A DNA stretch of 64,000 nt from an uncultured Alphaproteobacteria bacterium (lineage in GTDB: Bacteria > Pseudomonadota > Alphaproteobacteria > Rhizobiales > Hyphomicrobiaceae): NCBI GenBank assembly GCA_963696075.1, contig CAVOJD010000036.1, positions 2,199-66,198 of the forward strand, given 5' to 3'. Of the stretch, positions 8,702-19,255 are shown piece after piece (the first letter of the stretch is position 1; each line of letters starts with the position of its first letter). Both the position numbers and the translations under genes were made by a program. The notes below the pieces were generated by a model. That model saw only the letters and a list, made by a program, of their open reading frames with translations. It did not search any database and was not told the origin of the DNA.

Positions 8702-9871
8702 TTACTCCCGTTCCAGGATGACCGTCGAAGAGCCGTGGCGTGTGCCGATCGACCCGCCGGTACCATGCGCCAGCGCCAGATCACAATTCGGCACCTGCAC
8801 TTTTTCATGCGCCTCACCGCGCAACTGCCGCACCGCTTCGATGACCTTCGTCATACCGCCGCGGTTGGCCGGGTGGTTATTGCAAAGCCCCCCGCCATCG
8901 GTGTTGAACGGCAGCTTGCCGACGCCGGAAATCAGGTTTCCGTCGGAGACGAACTTGCCGCCCTGGCCCTTCTCGCAAAAGCCGAGATCTTCGAGCTGCA
9001 AAAGCACCGTGATCGTGAAGCTGTCATAGATCGAGGCATACTTGATGTCGGTCGGCTTGACGCCGGCTTCCTCGAACGCCTTCGGCCCCGTGAACCGCGC
9101 CGCCGTGTAGGTGAGATCCACCTGGCCGGCATTCTGCCCCTTGAGCGCCGATGCGCAGCCCTTGATCTTCACCAGCGGCCGCTTCAGCGACTTGGCAATA
9201 TCGGGATGCACAACGACCAGCGCGCCGCCGCCATCGGAAATGACGCAGCAATCCAGCCGGTGCAACGGCGTCGTGATCATCGGCGAGTTGACCACGTCTT
9301 CGACCGTCACGACCTCCCGGCGCACCGCGTGCGGGTTGTACTGGGCATGCGTCGAGGCTGCGACGCGGATCCAGGCAAGCTGTTCCGACGTCGTGCCGAA
9401 TTCGTGCATATGACGCTGAGCGGCCATCGCATACATGTTGGTGACGACCGGTGCGAACGGAAACTCGAACTGCACGTCCGGCGCCTGCTGGTTGTAGACA
9501 CGCGGCGCCGTCCCCGTTGCCATGCCTTCGGCTGCCGGGCGGCCGGCGAGCGTGATCAGCGCCACCTTGCAGCGCCCCTGCGCGATCGCCTGCGCGGCAT
9601 GCTCCACATGCACCACATAGGACGACCCACCGGTATCCGTTAAATCGACGTAGTTCGGGTTGATGCCGAGATAATCGACCATGTTGATCGGCCCGAGACC
9701 TGGCGCATCCCCGGCACAAAAATAGCCATCGACATCGGAGAGGGCGAGCCCCGCATCCTCGAGGGCGCCGTGTGCCACATCCGCGTGCAGCTCCGGCAGC
9801 GACTTGTCGATAGCCTTTCGCGTGGGGTGCTCGAAAGCCCCCGCAATATAGGCCTTACCATTGAGTGACAT
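8702..9871 (-). CDS. thiolase-like protein (SCP-x / lipid-transfer-protein type)
   Basis: MSLNGKAYIAGAFEHPTRK, CCVISDGGGALVV, NTDGGGLCNNHP, HGTGG. Start placed at the ATG at 9871; the N-terminal 59 codons of the 10048 ORF look non-coding. Confidence 0.8.
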   Translation of the reverse strand: MSLNGKAYIAGAFEHPTRKAIDKSLPELHADVAHGALEDAGLALSDVDGYFCAGDAPGLGPINMVDYLGINPNYVDLTDTGGSSYVVHVEHAAQAIAQGRCKVALITLAGRPAAEGMATGTAPRVYNQQAPDVQFEFPFAPVVTNMYAMAAQRHMHEFGTTSEQLAWIRVAASTHAQYNPHAVRREVVTVEDVVNSPMITTPLHRLDCCVISDGGGALVVVHPDIAKSLKRPLVKIKGCASALKGQNAGQVDLTYTAARFTGPKAFEEAGVKPTDIKYASIYDSFTITVLLQLEDLGFCEKGQGGKFVSDGNLISGVGKLPFNTDGGGLCNNHPANRGGMTKVIEAVRQLRGEAHEKVQVPNCDLALAHGTGGSIGTRHGSSTVILERE

Positions 9872-10233
9872 GCGCGTCGCGACCTCCCTTCGTGCTTCTG
9901 GAATTATCGCCGCGACGGTATCGGCGCCACCGGGCATCGGCAAGCCAAGGCCCGGATCATTGCCGCAGCCCCGGCCACTATCGGCTATCTGATTACGCTT
10001 GCGCGGCACCTGAGCCCCGTCTGCCGGCGCTTCGTCGAGGGCCGCCAAATCACATTCGGCACAAAAAGCCCCACCATGGCATCCCCGCTAACCTCGCATT
10101 TACCTGCCTCGGGCAAGGTGTTTCAAACCGGGATGACGAACAGCCGTCATTGAGTGATCCGTAAGATCGTGCCGGCTTGTAGATGGTCTGCATACCATCG
10201 CCTATCCGCGTAACAGTTGAGTAGAGTAATCAT

Positions 10234-11742
10234 ATGTCCAAGCGCGTTTTGATCGTCGACGACGATCCGGCTCAGCGTCGTATTCTCGAAGAAGTCATCA
10301 AGCGGCTTGGCTATCAGACCCGCACCGCGGCGTCCGGCGACAAGGCCCTCGATATCCTGCTCGGCCCAGAAGCCGGCACCATCTCCCTGGTCCTCCTCGA
10401 CCTCGTCATGCCGGGCATCGACGGCCTCGAGGTCCTCGCCAAGCTCAACGGCAAGCCCGCCATCCCCCCGATCATCGTCGAGACCGCCAACGGCTCGATC
10501 GACGCCGCCATCAATGCGATGCGCGCCGGCGCCGTCGACTTCGTCGTCAAGCCCGCCTCCCCTGAGCGCCTCGAATGCTCGATCAAGAATGCCCTCAAGA
10601 TCGAGCAGCTCTCCGGCGAAATCACGCGGATGAAAAAGAAGGCCGAAGGCAAGCTCACCTTCAACGACCTTATCATCTCCACCGATGCGATGGAACGCGT
10701 CGTCTCCCTCGGCCAGCGCGCCGCCCAGTCGAACATCCCCGTCCTCATCGAAGGCGAATCCGGCGTCGGCAAGGAATTGATCGCCCGCGCCATCCAGGGT
10801 GAAAGCGAACGCGCCGGCGGCCCCTTCGTCACGGTCAACTGCGGCGCCATCCCCGAGAACCTCATCGAGAGCACCCTGTTCGGCCACGAAAAGGGCTCGT
10901 TTACCGGCGCCCATGAAAAGCGCATCGGCAAGTTCCAGGAAGCCGATGGCGGCACGCTCTTCCTCGACGAAGTCGGCGAATTGCCCCTCGACGCCCAGGT
11001 CAAGTTGCTTCGCGCCCTGCAGGAAGGCGAAGTCGACCCGGTCGGCGGCAAGCGCCCGGTCAAGGTCAACTTCCGCCTGATCTCCGCCACCAATCGCGAC
11101 ATGATCCAGCTCGTCAAGGAAGGCAAGTTCCGCGAAGACCTCTACTATCGCCTGAACGTCTTCCCCGTCTGGGTTCCCCCCCTCAAGGACCGCCTCGAGG
11201 ACGTCCCCCAACTCGCCATGCACTTCCTGTCGCGCTTTGCGGCTGAAGAAGGCAAGCGCGTGAGCGCCATCTCCGATGACGCAATGGACCTGCTCACGAA
11301 ATACTCCTGGCCCGGCAACGTCCGCCAGCTCGAAAACGCCATGTTCCGCGCCGTCGTGCTTGCCGATCGCTCCGAACTCTCCGTTGCCGAGTTCCCGCAG
11401 GTGGCAGCCCACGTCACCGGTTACGAAACCGTTGTCCCGGATGCCCCGCCACCGGCTGCTCCGAGAGGTTCATTCGAAGGCCCGGCCCTCCTCGGCGCGG
11501 AAAACTACGTCCCCCGCACCGTTGAAATCCGCTCGGGCAACGAAAACGGCTCGATCGGCATACCTGCGATCTCGGATTCAGGCGACATCCGCCCCCTCGA
11601 TGCCATTGAAGCCGACATGATCCGTCTTGCGCTCGGCCGTTATCGCGGACACATGACCGAGGTCGCCAAGCGTCTCGGCATCGGCCGCTCGACGCTCTAT
11701 CGCAAGATGCAGGAATACGGCCTCGAAAGCCGCACGGGCTGA
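10234..11742 (+). CDS. sigma-54-dependent response regulator (NtrC family, TacA-like, orphan)
   Basis: Receiver (VLIVDDDPAQRR, DLVMPGIDG). AAA+ domain (GESGVGKE, GSFTGA, DGGTLFLDEVGEL, SATN). C-terminal Fis-type HTH (AKRLGIGRSTLYRKM). No adjacent histidine kinase. Confidence 0.85.
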   Translation: MSKRVLIVDDDPAQRRILEEVIKRLGYQTRTAASGDKALDILLGPEAGTISLVLLDLVMPGIDGLEVLAKLNGKPAIPPIIVETANGSIDAAINAMRAGAVDFVVKPASPERLECSIKNALKIEQLSGEITRMKKKAEGKLTFNDLIISTDAMERVVSLGQRAAQSNIPVLIEGESGVGKELIARAIQGESERAGGPFVTVNCGAIPENLIESTLFGHEKGSFTGAHEKRIGKFQEADGGTLFLDEVGELPLDAQVKLLRALQEGEVDPVGGKRPVKVNFRLISATNRDMIQLVKEGKFREDLYYRLNVFPVWVPPLKDRLEDVPQLAMHFLSRFAAEEGKRVSAISDDAMDLLTKYSWPGNVRQLENAMFRAVVLADRSELSVAEFPQVAAHVTGYETVVPDAPPPAAPRGSFEGPALLGAENYVPRTVEIRSGNENGSIGIPAISDSGDIRPLDAIEADMIRLALGRYRGHMTEVAKRLGIGRSTLYRKMQEYGLESRTG

Positions 11743-12032
11743 GGCTTGTTTCAGGGCCTGCGCCCGAGCCATCTCCGAGAAAACCCGCGAAGCCGCTCCT
11801 GACGGCTTCGTGATCAAGCCTTATTTGTCAGCCGCGCCACACTGTGGCCAAATTTGGTCAGGCTTCGCCGGATCAACACGACTTTTGCTGATTCTTCATC
11901 ACTGTTTCGGTGAACTGACGTATCAGTCGAGACGTAAATCCGTTATGGATAGCCTGTTGAAAACGTCTCCAAATGACCCAAATTCAACGGGATGTTTACA
12001 GCTCCACAACTTTTACGTGAGGACGCTTGAAT

Positions 12033-13694
12033 ATGCTGTCTCCGCTCCGGATTGCGTGTCTCGGGCTCGTATTGAGTATCTCCGCCCCGGCTAGCGCCGT
12101 CGAACCGGAAGCGCCGGACAGACTGATCACGGCTGAAGAAGCAGCCCTGATCACCATCCGCACCCGCCTGCGCGATGCCCAACCTGAAGGCAGAAGCCTG
12201 ACCCAGTTAGAGAAGGGCGACGCAATCGACCGAGCCGGTCTTGCGAAGTTCTACGCGACCCTCTCCGAGCATATCCCCGGCACGCCCAAGCCGCTTTGGA
12301 TCGACCAGGACGGCCTGACCGACCGGGCCCGCGCCGCCGCCGTCGAAATCTCGAAGGCGGACGAGTGGGGCTTCGATCCGAGCGAGTTCACGCTGCCGCA
12401 ATCCGATTTCACTGCGAACGGCCGCCTGACCGCCCGCGACCTCGTCGATCTCGAAATGACGATGAGCCTCGCAATCCTGAAGTACGTCCGCTATGCGCGC
12501 GGCGGCCGCATGGACCCAACCGACCTCTCCCTCGACATCGACCGCAAGCCCCCTCTCCTGCCGGCGGCTGACGTGTTGCGCGGCGCCTTCGCAGCTGACG
12601 ACATCGCCCAGTTCCTCCGCGACCAGCATCCCAAGCACGACCAGTTTCTCAAACTGCGCGACGCCTACCTGAAGATCCGCGACGAAGAGCGCGACCTTTC
12701 AGAAACCAGCGACAGGGATGATGAGCGCGCCCGCCGCCGCACCCGCGCAAGCACCTCCGACCTCTCCCAGCGCCTCCTTTACAACATGGAGATGTGGCGC
12801 TGGATGCCGCGTGACCTTGGCGACTTCCACGTCCAGGCCAACATTCCCGAATTCCGCATCCGGGTAATCAGCAACGGCCGCATCATTCACAGTGAGCGCG
12901 TCGTCACCGGCAAGGTCAAGAACAAGACCCCGGTCTTCTCTGACCAACTCGAATATCTCGAGTTCCGTCCCGACTGGGGCGTGCCGAACTCGATCAAGGT
13001 CAAGGAAATCCTGCCCAAGATCATGCGCGGCAAGGACGTCGAAAGCCAGGGCTTGCGGGTCAAGTTCAACGGACAGGATATCGATTCATCGCGCATCGAC
13101 TGGTCGCGCGCCGACATCCGCAATTATCACATCTACCAGCCCCCCGGCAGCCGTAACGCTCTTGGCCTCGTCAAGTTCATGTTCCCGAACAAGCATGCGG
13201 TCTACTTCCACGACACCCCCTCGAAGTACCTCTTCAAAAAGAAGGTTCGCGCCTACAGCCACGGTTGCATCCGCGTCCGTGATCCGATGAAGATGGCAGC
13301 CGTCCTCCTCGGCCATGACAAGGGCTGGGGCCGCGAACGGATCGACCGGATCGTCGAGTCCGGCATCGACAACAACCGGATCCAGCTCAGCCAGAAATAT
13401 CCTGTCCACGTCACCTACTTCACCGCCCGCGCAAATCAGGACGGTGAGATCGAGCTGACCGACGACATTTACGGCCACGAGGAACTCATCCAGAAGGGCT
13501 TCGACGGCAAGGCCCACACCATCGTCAAGGAAGACCGCAGCCTCGACGAACTGGTCCAGCGCAAACAGCGCAGTCTTGGCCGGGTCGCCGACAACCGTTC
13601 GTCGTCCTCCCGTTCCAATCCCTGGTACGAGTATCAAGCCCCCCGTCGCAGCCGCGACACCCGATGGAAGCGTCGCGTCTTCGGTTCTGACTGA
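12033..13694 (+). CDS. L,D-transpeptidase family protein (YcbB/LdtD-like)
   Basis: Signal peptide MLSPLRIACLGLVLSISAPASA. YkuD catalytic motif FHDTPSKYLFKKKVRAYSHGCIRVRDP. GAGGA lies 10 nt before the ATG at 12033. Confidence 0.8.
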   Translation: MLSPLRIACLGLVLSISAPASAVEPEAPDRLITAEEAALITIRTRLRDAQPEGRSLTQLEKGDAIDRAGLAKFYATLSEHIPGTPKPLWIDQDGLTDRARAAAVEISKADEWGFDPSEFTLPQSDFTANGRLTARDLVDLEMTMSLAILKYVRYARGGRMDPTDLSLDIDRKPPLLPAADVLRGAFAADDIAQFLRDQHPKHDQFLKLRDAYLKIRDEERDLSETSDRDDERARRRTRASTSDLSQRLLYNMEMWRWMPRDLGDFHVQANIPEFRIRVISNGRIIHSERVVTGKVKNKTPVFSDQLEYLEFRPDWGVPNSIKVKEILPKIMRGKDVESQGLRVKFNGQDIDSSRIDWSRADIRNYHIYQPPGSRNALGLVKFMFPNKHAVYFHDTPSKYLFKKKVRAYSHGCIRVRDPMKMAAVLLGHDKGWGRERIDRIVESGIDNNRIQLSQKYPVHVTYFTARANQDGEIELTDDIYGHEELIQKGFDGKAHTIVKEDRSLDELVQRKQRSLGRVADNRSSSSRSNPWYEYQAPRRSRDTRWKRRVFGSD

Positions 13695-13775
13695 TGACGG
13701 CCCGCGAATTATTGGGAATGGATCTTTTGATCCGTTCCCGATGGCAAAAGCGGCCTTGAGCCGCAAGAGGAACCC

Positions 13776-14669
13776 ATGCGTTGGCAACCGGGCACCGGCC
13801 CCGGCACCCGTAGACCGGCCCTATCGACCCGACTGAAGCGCTGGCTCGCCGCCAGCCTCATGCAAGATGCCCGGTTGCGCCGCCTCGCCATGAACGAGAT
13901 CTTCGCGCATCACGCCGCCTCCGGCCTCCTCCTCCGCGTGCCCTTCGCTGATCACGCGCTCTTCGTCGACCCCCGCGACGATCGCATCACCGCCACCCTC
14001 CTCCAAGGCCGCCCCTGGCAGCGCGACCACCTCACGCGCGCGATTGCAACGCTCCAGCAGCATGACCGCCTCCCGCCTGGCGGCACCTTCCTCGACATCG
14101 GCGCCAACATCGGCGCCCTCACCGTCTACGCGCTCCTATCCCAGACGTTCGCCCGCGCGATCGCCCTCGAACCAGACCCCGCCAATCGTGCGATCCTCAC
14201 CCGCAATATCGCCGAAAACGGCATGCACGACCGCGTCACCGTCATCGCCGCCGCCGCCTCCGGCTCACGCCACGACGCCACCCTCCATCGCGACCTGAAG
14301 AACCTCGGCGCCCATTCCCTGGAGCCAGGCTTCTCGATGTCGGCCGGCGAGCCCGTGACCGTCCCCGCCGACCGCCTCGACACCCTGCTGGCGGCTCACC
14401 CGCTCGACACCGCATCGATTACGCTCGCCAAGATCGACGTCGAAGGCCACGAATTCGCCGTCCTCGAAGGCGCAACCGACCTCCTGGCACGCAGCACGCC
14501 GTTGATGATCGAGGTCGTTTTCGCATCACCTGACGACCGGGCCCGCCTGATCACCGCACTGGCGCAGACCCACAAAACCTGCCTCGACCTCGCCGAACCC
14601 GGCGCGAAGCCGATCCCTCTCGAAACCTTTCACCCGAGCGCTCTGCAGCACGAGCTGCTCATTTTCTGA
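13776..14669 (+). CDS. FkbM family methyltransferase
   Basis: FLDIGANIGALTVYA, LEPDPANRAIL, LAKIDVEGHEFAVLEG. AGAGGA precedes the ATG at 13776. In-frame ATGs at 13860 and 13890 are alternative starts. Confidence 0.75.
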   Translation: MRWQPGTGPGTRRPALSTRLKRWLAASLMQDARLRRLAMNEIFAHHAASGLLLRVPFADHALFVDPRDDRITATLLQGRPWQRDHLTRAIATLQQHDRLPPGGTFLDIGANIGALTVYALLSQTFARAIALEPDPANRAILTRNIAENGMHDRVTVIAAAASGSRHDATLHRDLKNLGAHSLEPGFSMSAGEPVTVPADRLDTLLAAHPLDTASITLAKIDVEGHEFAVLEGATDLLARSTPLMIEVVFASPDDRARLITALAQTHKTCLDLAEPGAKPIPLETFHPSALQHELLIF

Positions 14670-14776
14670 ACCACACCCGCTGGCCGGTGCATATGATCTC
14701 CGGCAAGCGACACGCCGTAATGGATGCCAAGACGAAAATCGGCGCGAACCTCAAAACCTGCCGGAGACCCGAACCG

Positions 14777-15712
14777 ATGAGCTGGAACCCCGCACTCGAA
14801 CCGTCCTGCCCCGACGCTGCCTCTGTCGAGAGCATCGAAACCATGATCGTGCCGCGGACCCGTGACCTCGGCGGCTTCGAAGTCCGCCGCGCACTTCCTG
14901 CCCCCAAGCGCCAGATGGTCGGCCCCTTCGTTTTCTTCGACCAGGCCGGCCCAGCCGAATTCATCACCGGCAAGGGCATCGACGTCCGCCCCCACCCCCA
15001 CATCGGCCTTGCAACCGTCACCTACCTCTACGACGGCGAATTCCATCACCGCGATTCCCTCGGCACCGACCAGATGATCTATCCAGGCGCCGTCAACTGG
15101 ATGATCGCTGGCAACGGCGTCACCCATTCCGAGCGCACCAGCGCCGAGACGCGCAAAGGCCCAAGCAAACTCTTCGGCATCCAGACCTGGGTCGCCCTGC
15201 CCGACGCCAAGGAGGAGGTCGACGCAGCCTTCGAGCATCACGCCAAGGAGGCCTTGCCATTGCTCGAAGGCGAAGGCAAAGCGCTCCGCCTGATCCTTGG
15301 CCGCGCCTACGGCGAACGCGCCCCCGTCACCACGTTTTCAGACATGTTCTACATCGACGCGCAATTGGAGCCCGGCAGCGCCCTGCCCCTCCCCGATGAC
15401 CACGAGGACCGCGGCCTCTACGTCGTCTCCGGCTCGATCGAGATCGCCGGCGACAGCTTCGATGCCGGCCGGATGATGGTCTTTCGTCCCAGCGATCCCA
15501 TCACCGTAAAGGCCGGCCCCGTCGGCGCCCGCCTCATGCTCCTCGGCGGCGAAACCCTCAACGGCCCACGCTACATCTGGTGGAACTTCGTCGCCTCCTC
15601 GAAGGAAAAGATCGAGGCCGCCAAACACGCCTGGGCAGAAGGCGACTGGGACCATGGCCGGTTCAAGCTACCCCCCGGCGACACCAGCGAATTCATTCCG
15701 CTCCCGGATTGA
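14777..15712 (+). CDS. pirin family protein (bicupin)
   Basis: RDLGGFEVRRALP, VGPFVFFDQ, PHPHIGLATVTYL, HRDSLG, HSER. Start is uncertain: GTG 14687 in the track, ATG 14777 preferred on length and GGAGA spacing. Confidence 0.75.
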   Translation: MSWNPALEPSCPDAASVESIETMIVPRTRDLGGFEVRRALPAPKRQMVGPFVFFDQAGPAEFITGKGIDVRPHPHIGLATVTYLYDGEFHHRDSLGTDQMIYPGAVNWMIAGNGVTHSERTSAETRKGPSKLFGIQTWVALPDAKEEVDAAFEHHAKEALPLLEGEGKALRLILGRAYGERAPVTTFSDMFYIDAQLEPGSALPLPDDHEDRGLYVVSGSIEIAGDSFDAGRMMVFRPSDPITVKAGPVGARLMLLGGETLNGPRYIWWNFVASSKEKIEAAKHAWAEGDWDHGRFKLPPGDTSEFIPLPD

Positions 15713-15885
15713 TCGCTTGTATGGGTCATTCTGGGCCGTTCATTGCGATCGCCTCTTCGTCCGGGCGATGACGTGCGGCCTGTCCCCGCATCGTCTCAAT
15801 CTGCCCAACTTTCCAGCGCACCGTTTATCCTTGATCAAGGCGAATCATCCGACAATCCGGGAAACTGAAGCCGGATCGTTGAGTA

Positions 15886-17424
15886 TTGATCGCCACGATG
15901 AGGGATCGCGAACAGCACCGCATGAGAATATCGGGGGATATCGCGCGCCGAAGCCGGGGGGCCGAGGCATTGAACCGGGCAGCCCGCAGCTGGCTGGGTC
16001 TGACCCTTGCCGTCCTGTGCCTCCTCGTGCCCGGCCACGCCGCCGCCGCCGACACCCGCACAATCTCACTCTTCAACATTCACACCAAGCAGACGCTCAC
16101 CGCCACCTTCAAGCGTGACGGGCGCTTCGTTCCCGAGGCCCTCGAAAAGATCAACTGGCACTTACGTGACTGGCGCCGCAACGAAGCCACCAAGATGGAT
16201 CCCGACCTGATCGACCTGTTGTGGGAGATCCATCGCGAGGTCGGCAGCCGCCAGCCCGTCCACGTCATCTCCGGCTACCGTTCGCCGAAAACAAACAGCA
16301 TGCTGCGCAACACGCGCGGCGGCCAGGCGCGGCGCAGCCAGCACCTTCTCGGCAAGGCGATCGACGTCCACTTCCCCGACGTGCCCGTCCGCACCCTGCG
16401 CTATTCCGCCTTGATCCGCGAGCAGGGCGGCGTTGGCTATTATCCAACCTCAGCGACCCCCTTCGTCCATATCGACACCGGCCGCGTCCGCCACTGGCCA
16501 CGCATGGACCGTCAGGAGCTGGCCCTCCTGTTCCCCAGCGGCCGCACCCGGCATTACCCCAGCAGCGGCGGCCCGATCACACGCGCCGACGCGATATCCG
16601 CACGGCAAGATAATCCCGCACTGGCGAGCCGCATCGTCGCTTTCCATGATGCCCGCCGCAACGGCACCGTCTCCACGGCGAGCCGCACCCAGGTCGCCGC
16701 CGCCACGCCGCGCTCCACTCCGCGCCCCACGCCGCGCCTTGTCTCACGCCCGCGCCCCGTCGACCGCCCGCCTGAGCCCGTCCGCGCATCCCTGGGCCTC
16801 GGCGGCTGGAGTTACACCTTCGAGCCAGCTCCGCGACCGAAGCTCGCCGTGCCCACCCAGGCAGACCCCGGCATCACGCCGCCTGAACCGCGCCTCGCGC
16901 GGCCTCAGTTGGCAGCCCTTCCCGATGCCAACCTCCGCCTGCGCCCGGCGCCCTCGCTCGCAGCCCCACCTGCCATGAACGAGGATGACCGCAGCCGCCT
17001 CGCGAAACTGGCCGCCATGTTCGCGTCCCTGTCACCGAAGCCGGCATCACCGAACAATGCCCCGATGACGGCCCAGAAATGGGTCGGCGCGCCCGCCTTT
17101 GATGAGGAACACCCCGAGGAACTCTTCTACCGCCCCTTCCCCGTCGTGCCCTACATCACCGAGACCGCCTCAGCCGACGACAATGCCCTCCAGACCCTCG
17201 TCCATCCCTCGATCGAGGAAACCCTGGACTATCTCGTCGCCAACGGCTCTCCCGACCGGCCGCTTGAGCTGCGCCCCGGCCCGAGCACAGCCAATCTGCT
17301 CTGGGCACTCGCCTTCTCCGGCGCAAGCAGCGACAGCACCCGCGGCGCACTTGCCGCCCGCGCGCCGGACCCGGCACGCCAAGTGCTCGGCCGCAACTTC
17401 GTGCGCCTCGCTGGCAACCGCTGA
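15886..17424 (+). CDS. DUF882 / peptidase M15A family protein (YcbK/MepK-like) with Pro-rich C-terminal half
   Basis: LFNIHTKQTL, INWHLRDWR, VISGYRSPKTN, SQHLLGKAIDV, GGVGYYP..FVHIDTG. Tat-like N-terminus. True start is probably the ATG at 15898 or 15922. Confidence 0.8.
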   Translation: MIATMRDREQHRMRISGDIARRSRGAEALNRAARSWLGLTLAVLCLLVPGHAAAADTRTISLFNIHTKQTLTATFKRDGRFVPEALEKINWHLRDWRRNEATKMDPDLIDLLWEIHREVGSRQPVHVISGYRSPKTNSMLRNTRGGQARRSQHLLGKAIDVHFPDVPVRTLRYSALIREQGGVGYYPTSATPFVHIDTGRVRHWPRMDRQELALLFPSGRTRHYPSSGGPITRADAISARQDNPALASRIVAFHDARRNGTVSTASRTQVAAATPRSTPRPTPRLVSRPRPVDRPPEPVRASLGLGGWSYTFEPAPRPKLAVPTQADPGITPPEPRLARPQLAALPDANLRLRPAPSLAAPPAMNEDDRSRLAKLAAMFASLSPKPASPNNAPMTAQKWVGAPAFDEEHPEELFYRPFPVVPYITETASADDNALQTLVHPSIEETLDYLVANGSPDRPLELRPGPSTANLLWALAFSGASSDSTRGALAARAPDPARQVLGRNFVRLAGNR

Positions 17425-17532
17425 TTGTTAGAGTGTGTCAGGATTAGGTGGAATTGAACGCGCCCAACGTCGTCGGCCGCCGGAATGATCAGGTCATTCC
17501 TCGACGGTCAGGCCGTGGGCGCGTGTCGGCGG

Positions 17533-17841
17533 CTACTCAGCCGCCATAGCGGTGCTCGACGGCCCCTCGTCGGAATCCGGCATGATGACCGGATCAATCA
17601 ACATGCCAAGCGCATGCATGTAGGTCGTCAGCACCGCTTCTTCTTCCTGCCGGTCATCGGAACTCTTCTTGCGCAGTTTCAGGATCTCGCGCATCGCCTT
17701 GACGTCAAATCCGACCGCCTTGGCCTCTGAGAACTTGTCCTTGATGTCTTCGGCGATCGCCTTTTTTTCTTCTTCGAGACGTTCGATCTGCTCGATGAAC
17801 TGGCGAAGGTGGTTTTGTGCAGATTGAGGCAACGCGGTCAT
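17533..17841 (-). CDS. gapR: DUF2312 nucleoid-associated protein (GapR homologue)
   Basis: [47 protein letters not shown]...[11 protein letters not shown] closely matches the GapR/UPF0335 pattern. GGGAGA lies 7 nt before the ATG at 17841. Confidence 0.75.
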   Translation of the reverse strand: MTALPQSAQNHLRQFIEQIERLEEEKKAIAEDIKDKFSEAKAVGFDVKAMREILKLRKKSSDDRQEEEAVLTTYMHALGMLIDPVIMPDSDEGPSSTAMAAE

Positions 17842-18211
17842 GGCAACATCTCCCGATGGAGGCCGGAGCAGGGCGCACGAGCCAGGACCCGGCCCTCGGC
17901 CGTCCCGAAACGCGCTCTGCCGGAAGCCTCCGGTTGAACGCAAGCAATTGATCCGCCACGCACCGGACGGGTCCGGCACCGGGCATCACACGAATTGTCC
18001 TGGGAACGGAGGGCCACGCTCAACGCCATGACCACATCGCGACGCACTACCACTCAGCGTCCGCACCACATCAAGATCTCGTTCGAGTAGCCCCATCGTC
18101 GGGCAACTTCAAGGCGCACGATCAACCAACGCTTGAGTTTTCCCCGCAACCCACGGACCCGCCCGCCAACCATCCTGTCAGCCTGTCAGCCTGACGCATC
18201 CGCTGGTGCGA

Positions 18212-18514
18212 TCAATGATCTTTCGGCCGGTTGGCATCAAACGCCTTGATCTGATCCCCGCTCGCCTCGGTCTGATGCTTTGCCTTCCATTCCGAATACG
18301 GCATGCCGTAGACGATCTCACGCGCCGCATCCTTGCTCATCTCGATCTTCTTTTCCGCCGCGGCATCCTGATACCAGTTGGACAGGCAGTTTCGGCAGAA
18401 ACCGGCGAGATTCATGAGATCGATATTCTGCACATCCGTACGCTCTCTCAGGTGCGAAACGAGGCGGCGAAAAGCTGCGGCTTCAAGTTCGGTACGGGTC
18501 TGTTCATCACTCAT
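18212..18514 (-). CDS. DUF1244 domain protein
   Basis: ELEAAAFRRLVSHLRERTDVQNIDLMNLAGFCRNCLSNWY is the characteristic DUF1244 core. Confidence 0.8.
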   Translation of the reverse strand: MSDEQTRTELEAAAFRRLVSHLRERTDVQNIDLMNLAGFCRNCLSNWYQDAAAEKKIEMSKDAAREIVYGMPYSEWKAKHQTEASGDQIKAFDANRPKDH

Positions 18515-18758
18515 GGATCACCTCTGGCGCTCAGTTGGTTCAAGAATTCCTCGCTCGGACTCTTATATTGTCCCGCACCCCGGATCAAAACAGCCCTGAA
18601 GTTCCCTGAAAACCACAATCCCGGCACAACTATCGTGGCACAAGGACGTGAACACCCCGCAGCGAGGCGTTGATTTCTCCATGATCATCGTGCCTTTAGA
18701 GGGCCAACATCAATCCCGGCAGATCACCGGCGTTCGTTGACGAATTGAGGGGGAAGCG

Positions 18759-19205
18759 TTGACACGAAAGCCTCGAAGCGGCCTCATCCGCGGCCTCTGT
18801 CTCACCGCCCTCGCGGCCTCGAGCGCCGCTGGTGCTGCCAACGCCGATCTCAAGCTGTGCAACGCCACGCCAAGCCGCATCGGGGTCGCCCTTGGCTACC
18901 AGGATCGCAAAGGCTGGGCGACGGAAGGCTGGTGGAACATCCCGGCCGAGACCTGCGAAAACCTCCTCAAAGGCACGCTGCCAAGCCGCTACATCTACGT
19001 CTACGCCATCGATTACGAACGCGGCGGCGAATGGTTCGGCGAACATCAGATGTGCATCAACGAGAAGTCTTTCACGATCCGCAATACCCGCAACTGCGAG
19101 GACCGCGGCTTCCGCAGCCGTGGCTTCTACGAGATCGACACGGGGACATCGCAGAGCTGGACGATCCGGCTCTCCGACCCGAAGGAAGTCAAATCCGAGG
19201 AATAA
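18759..19205 (+). CDS. DUF1036 domain protein, secreted
   Basis: Signal peptide, then LKLCNATPSRIGVALGY, GWATEGWWNI, YIYVYA, FYEIDTG. TTG start as given in the ORF track. Confidence 0.8.
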   Translation: MTRKPRSGLIRGLCLTALAASSAAGAANADLKLCNATPSRIGVALGYQDRKGWATEGWWNIPAETCENLLKGTLPSRYIYVYAIDYERGGEWFGEHQMCINEKSFTIRNTRNCEDRGFRSRGFYEIDTGTSQSWTIRLSDPKEVKSEE

Positions 19206-19255
19206 GAACGCTCACTCACCGGCCGGCGCCCTCCCCCGCAGTTGGACCGGACAGG

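Noticed and set aside
9872-12032. Search for sigma-54 promoters (TGGCAC-N5-TTGC) near the TacA-like activator and elsewhere (e.g. TGGCAC at 6321, 8331, 14478, 18641; GGCACAAAAAGC at about 10060).
   Set aside because: None has the correct GG-N10-GC spacing together with a TTGC element. No target promoter can be supported by eye; a PWM scan is needed.
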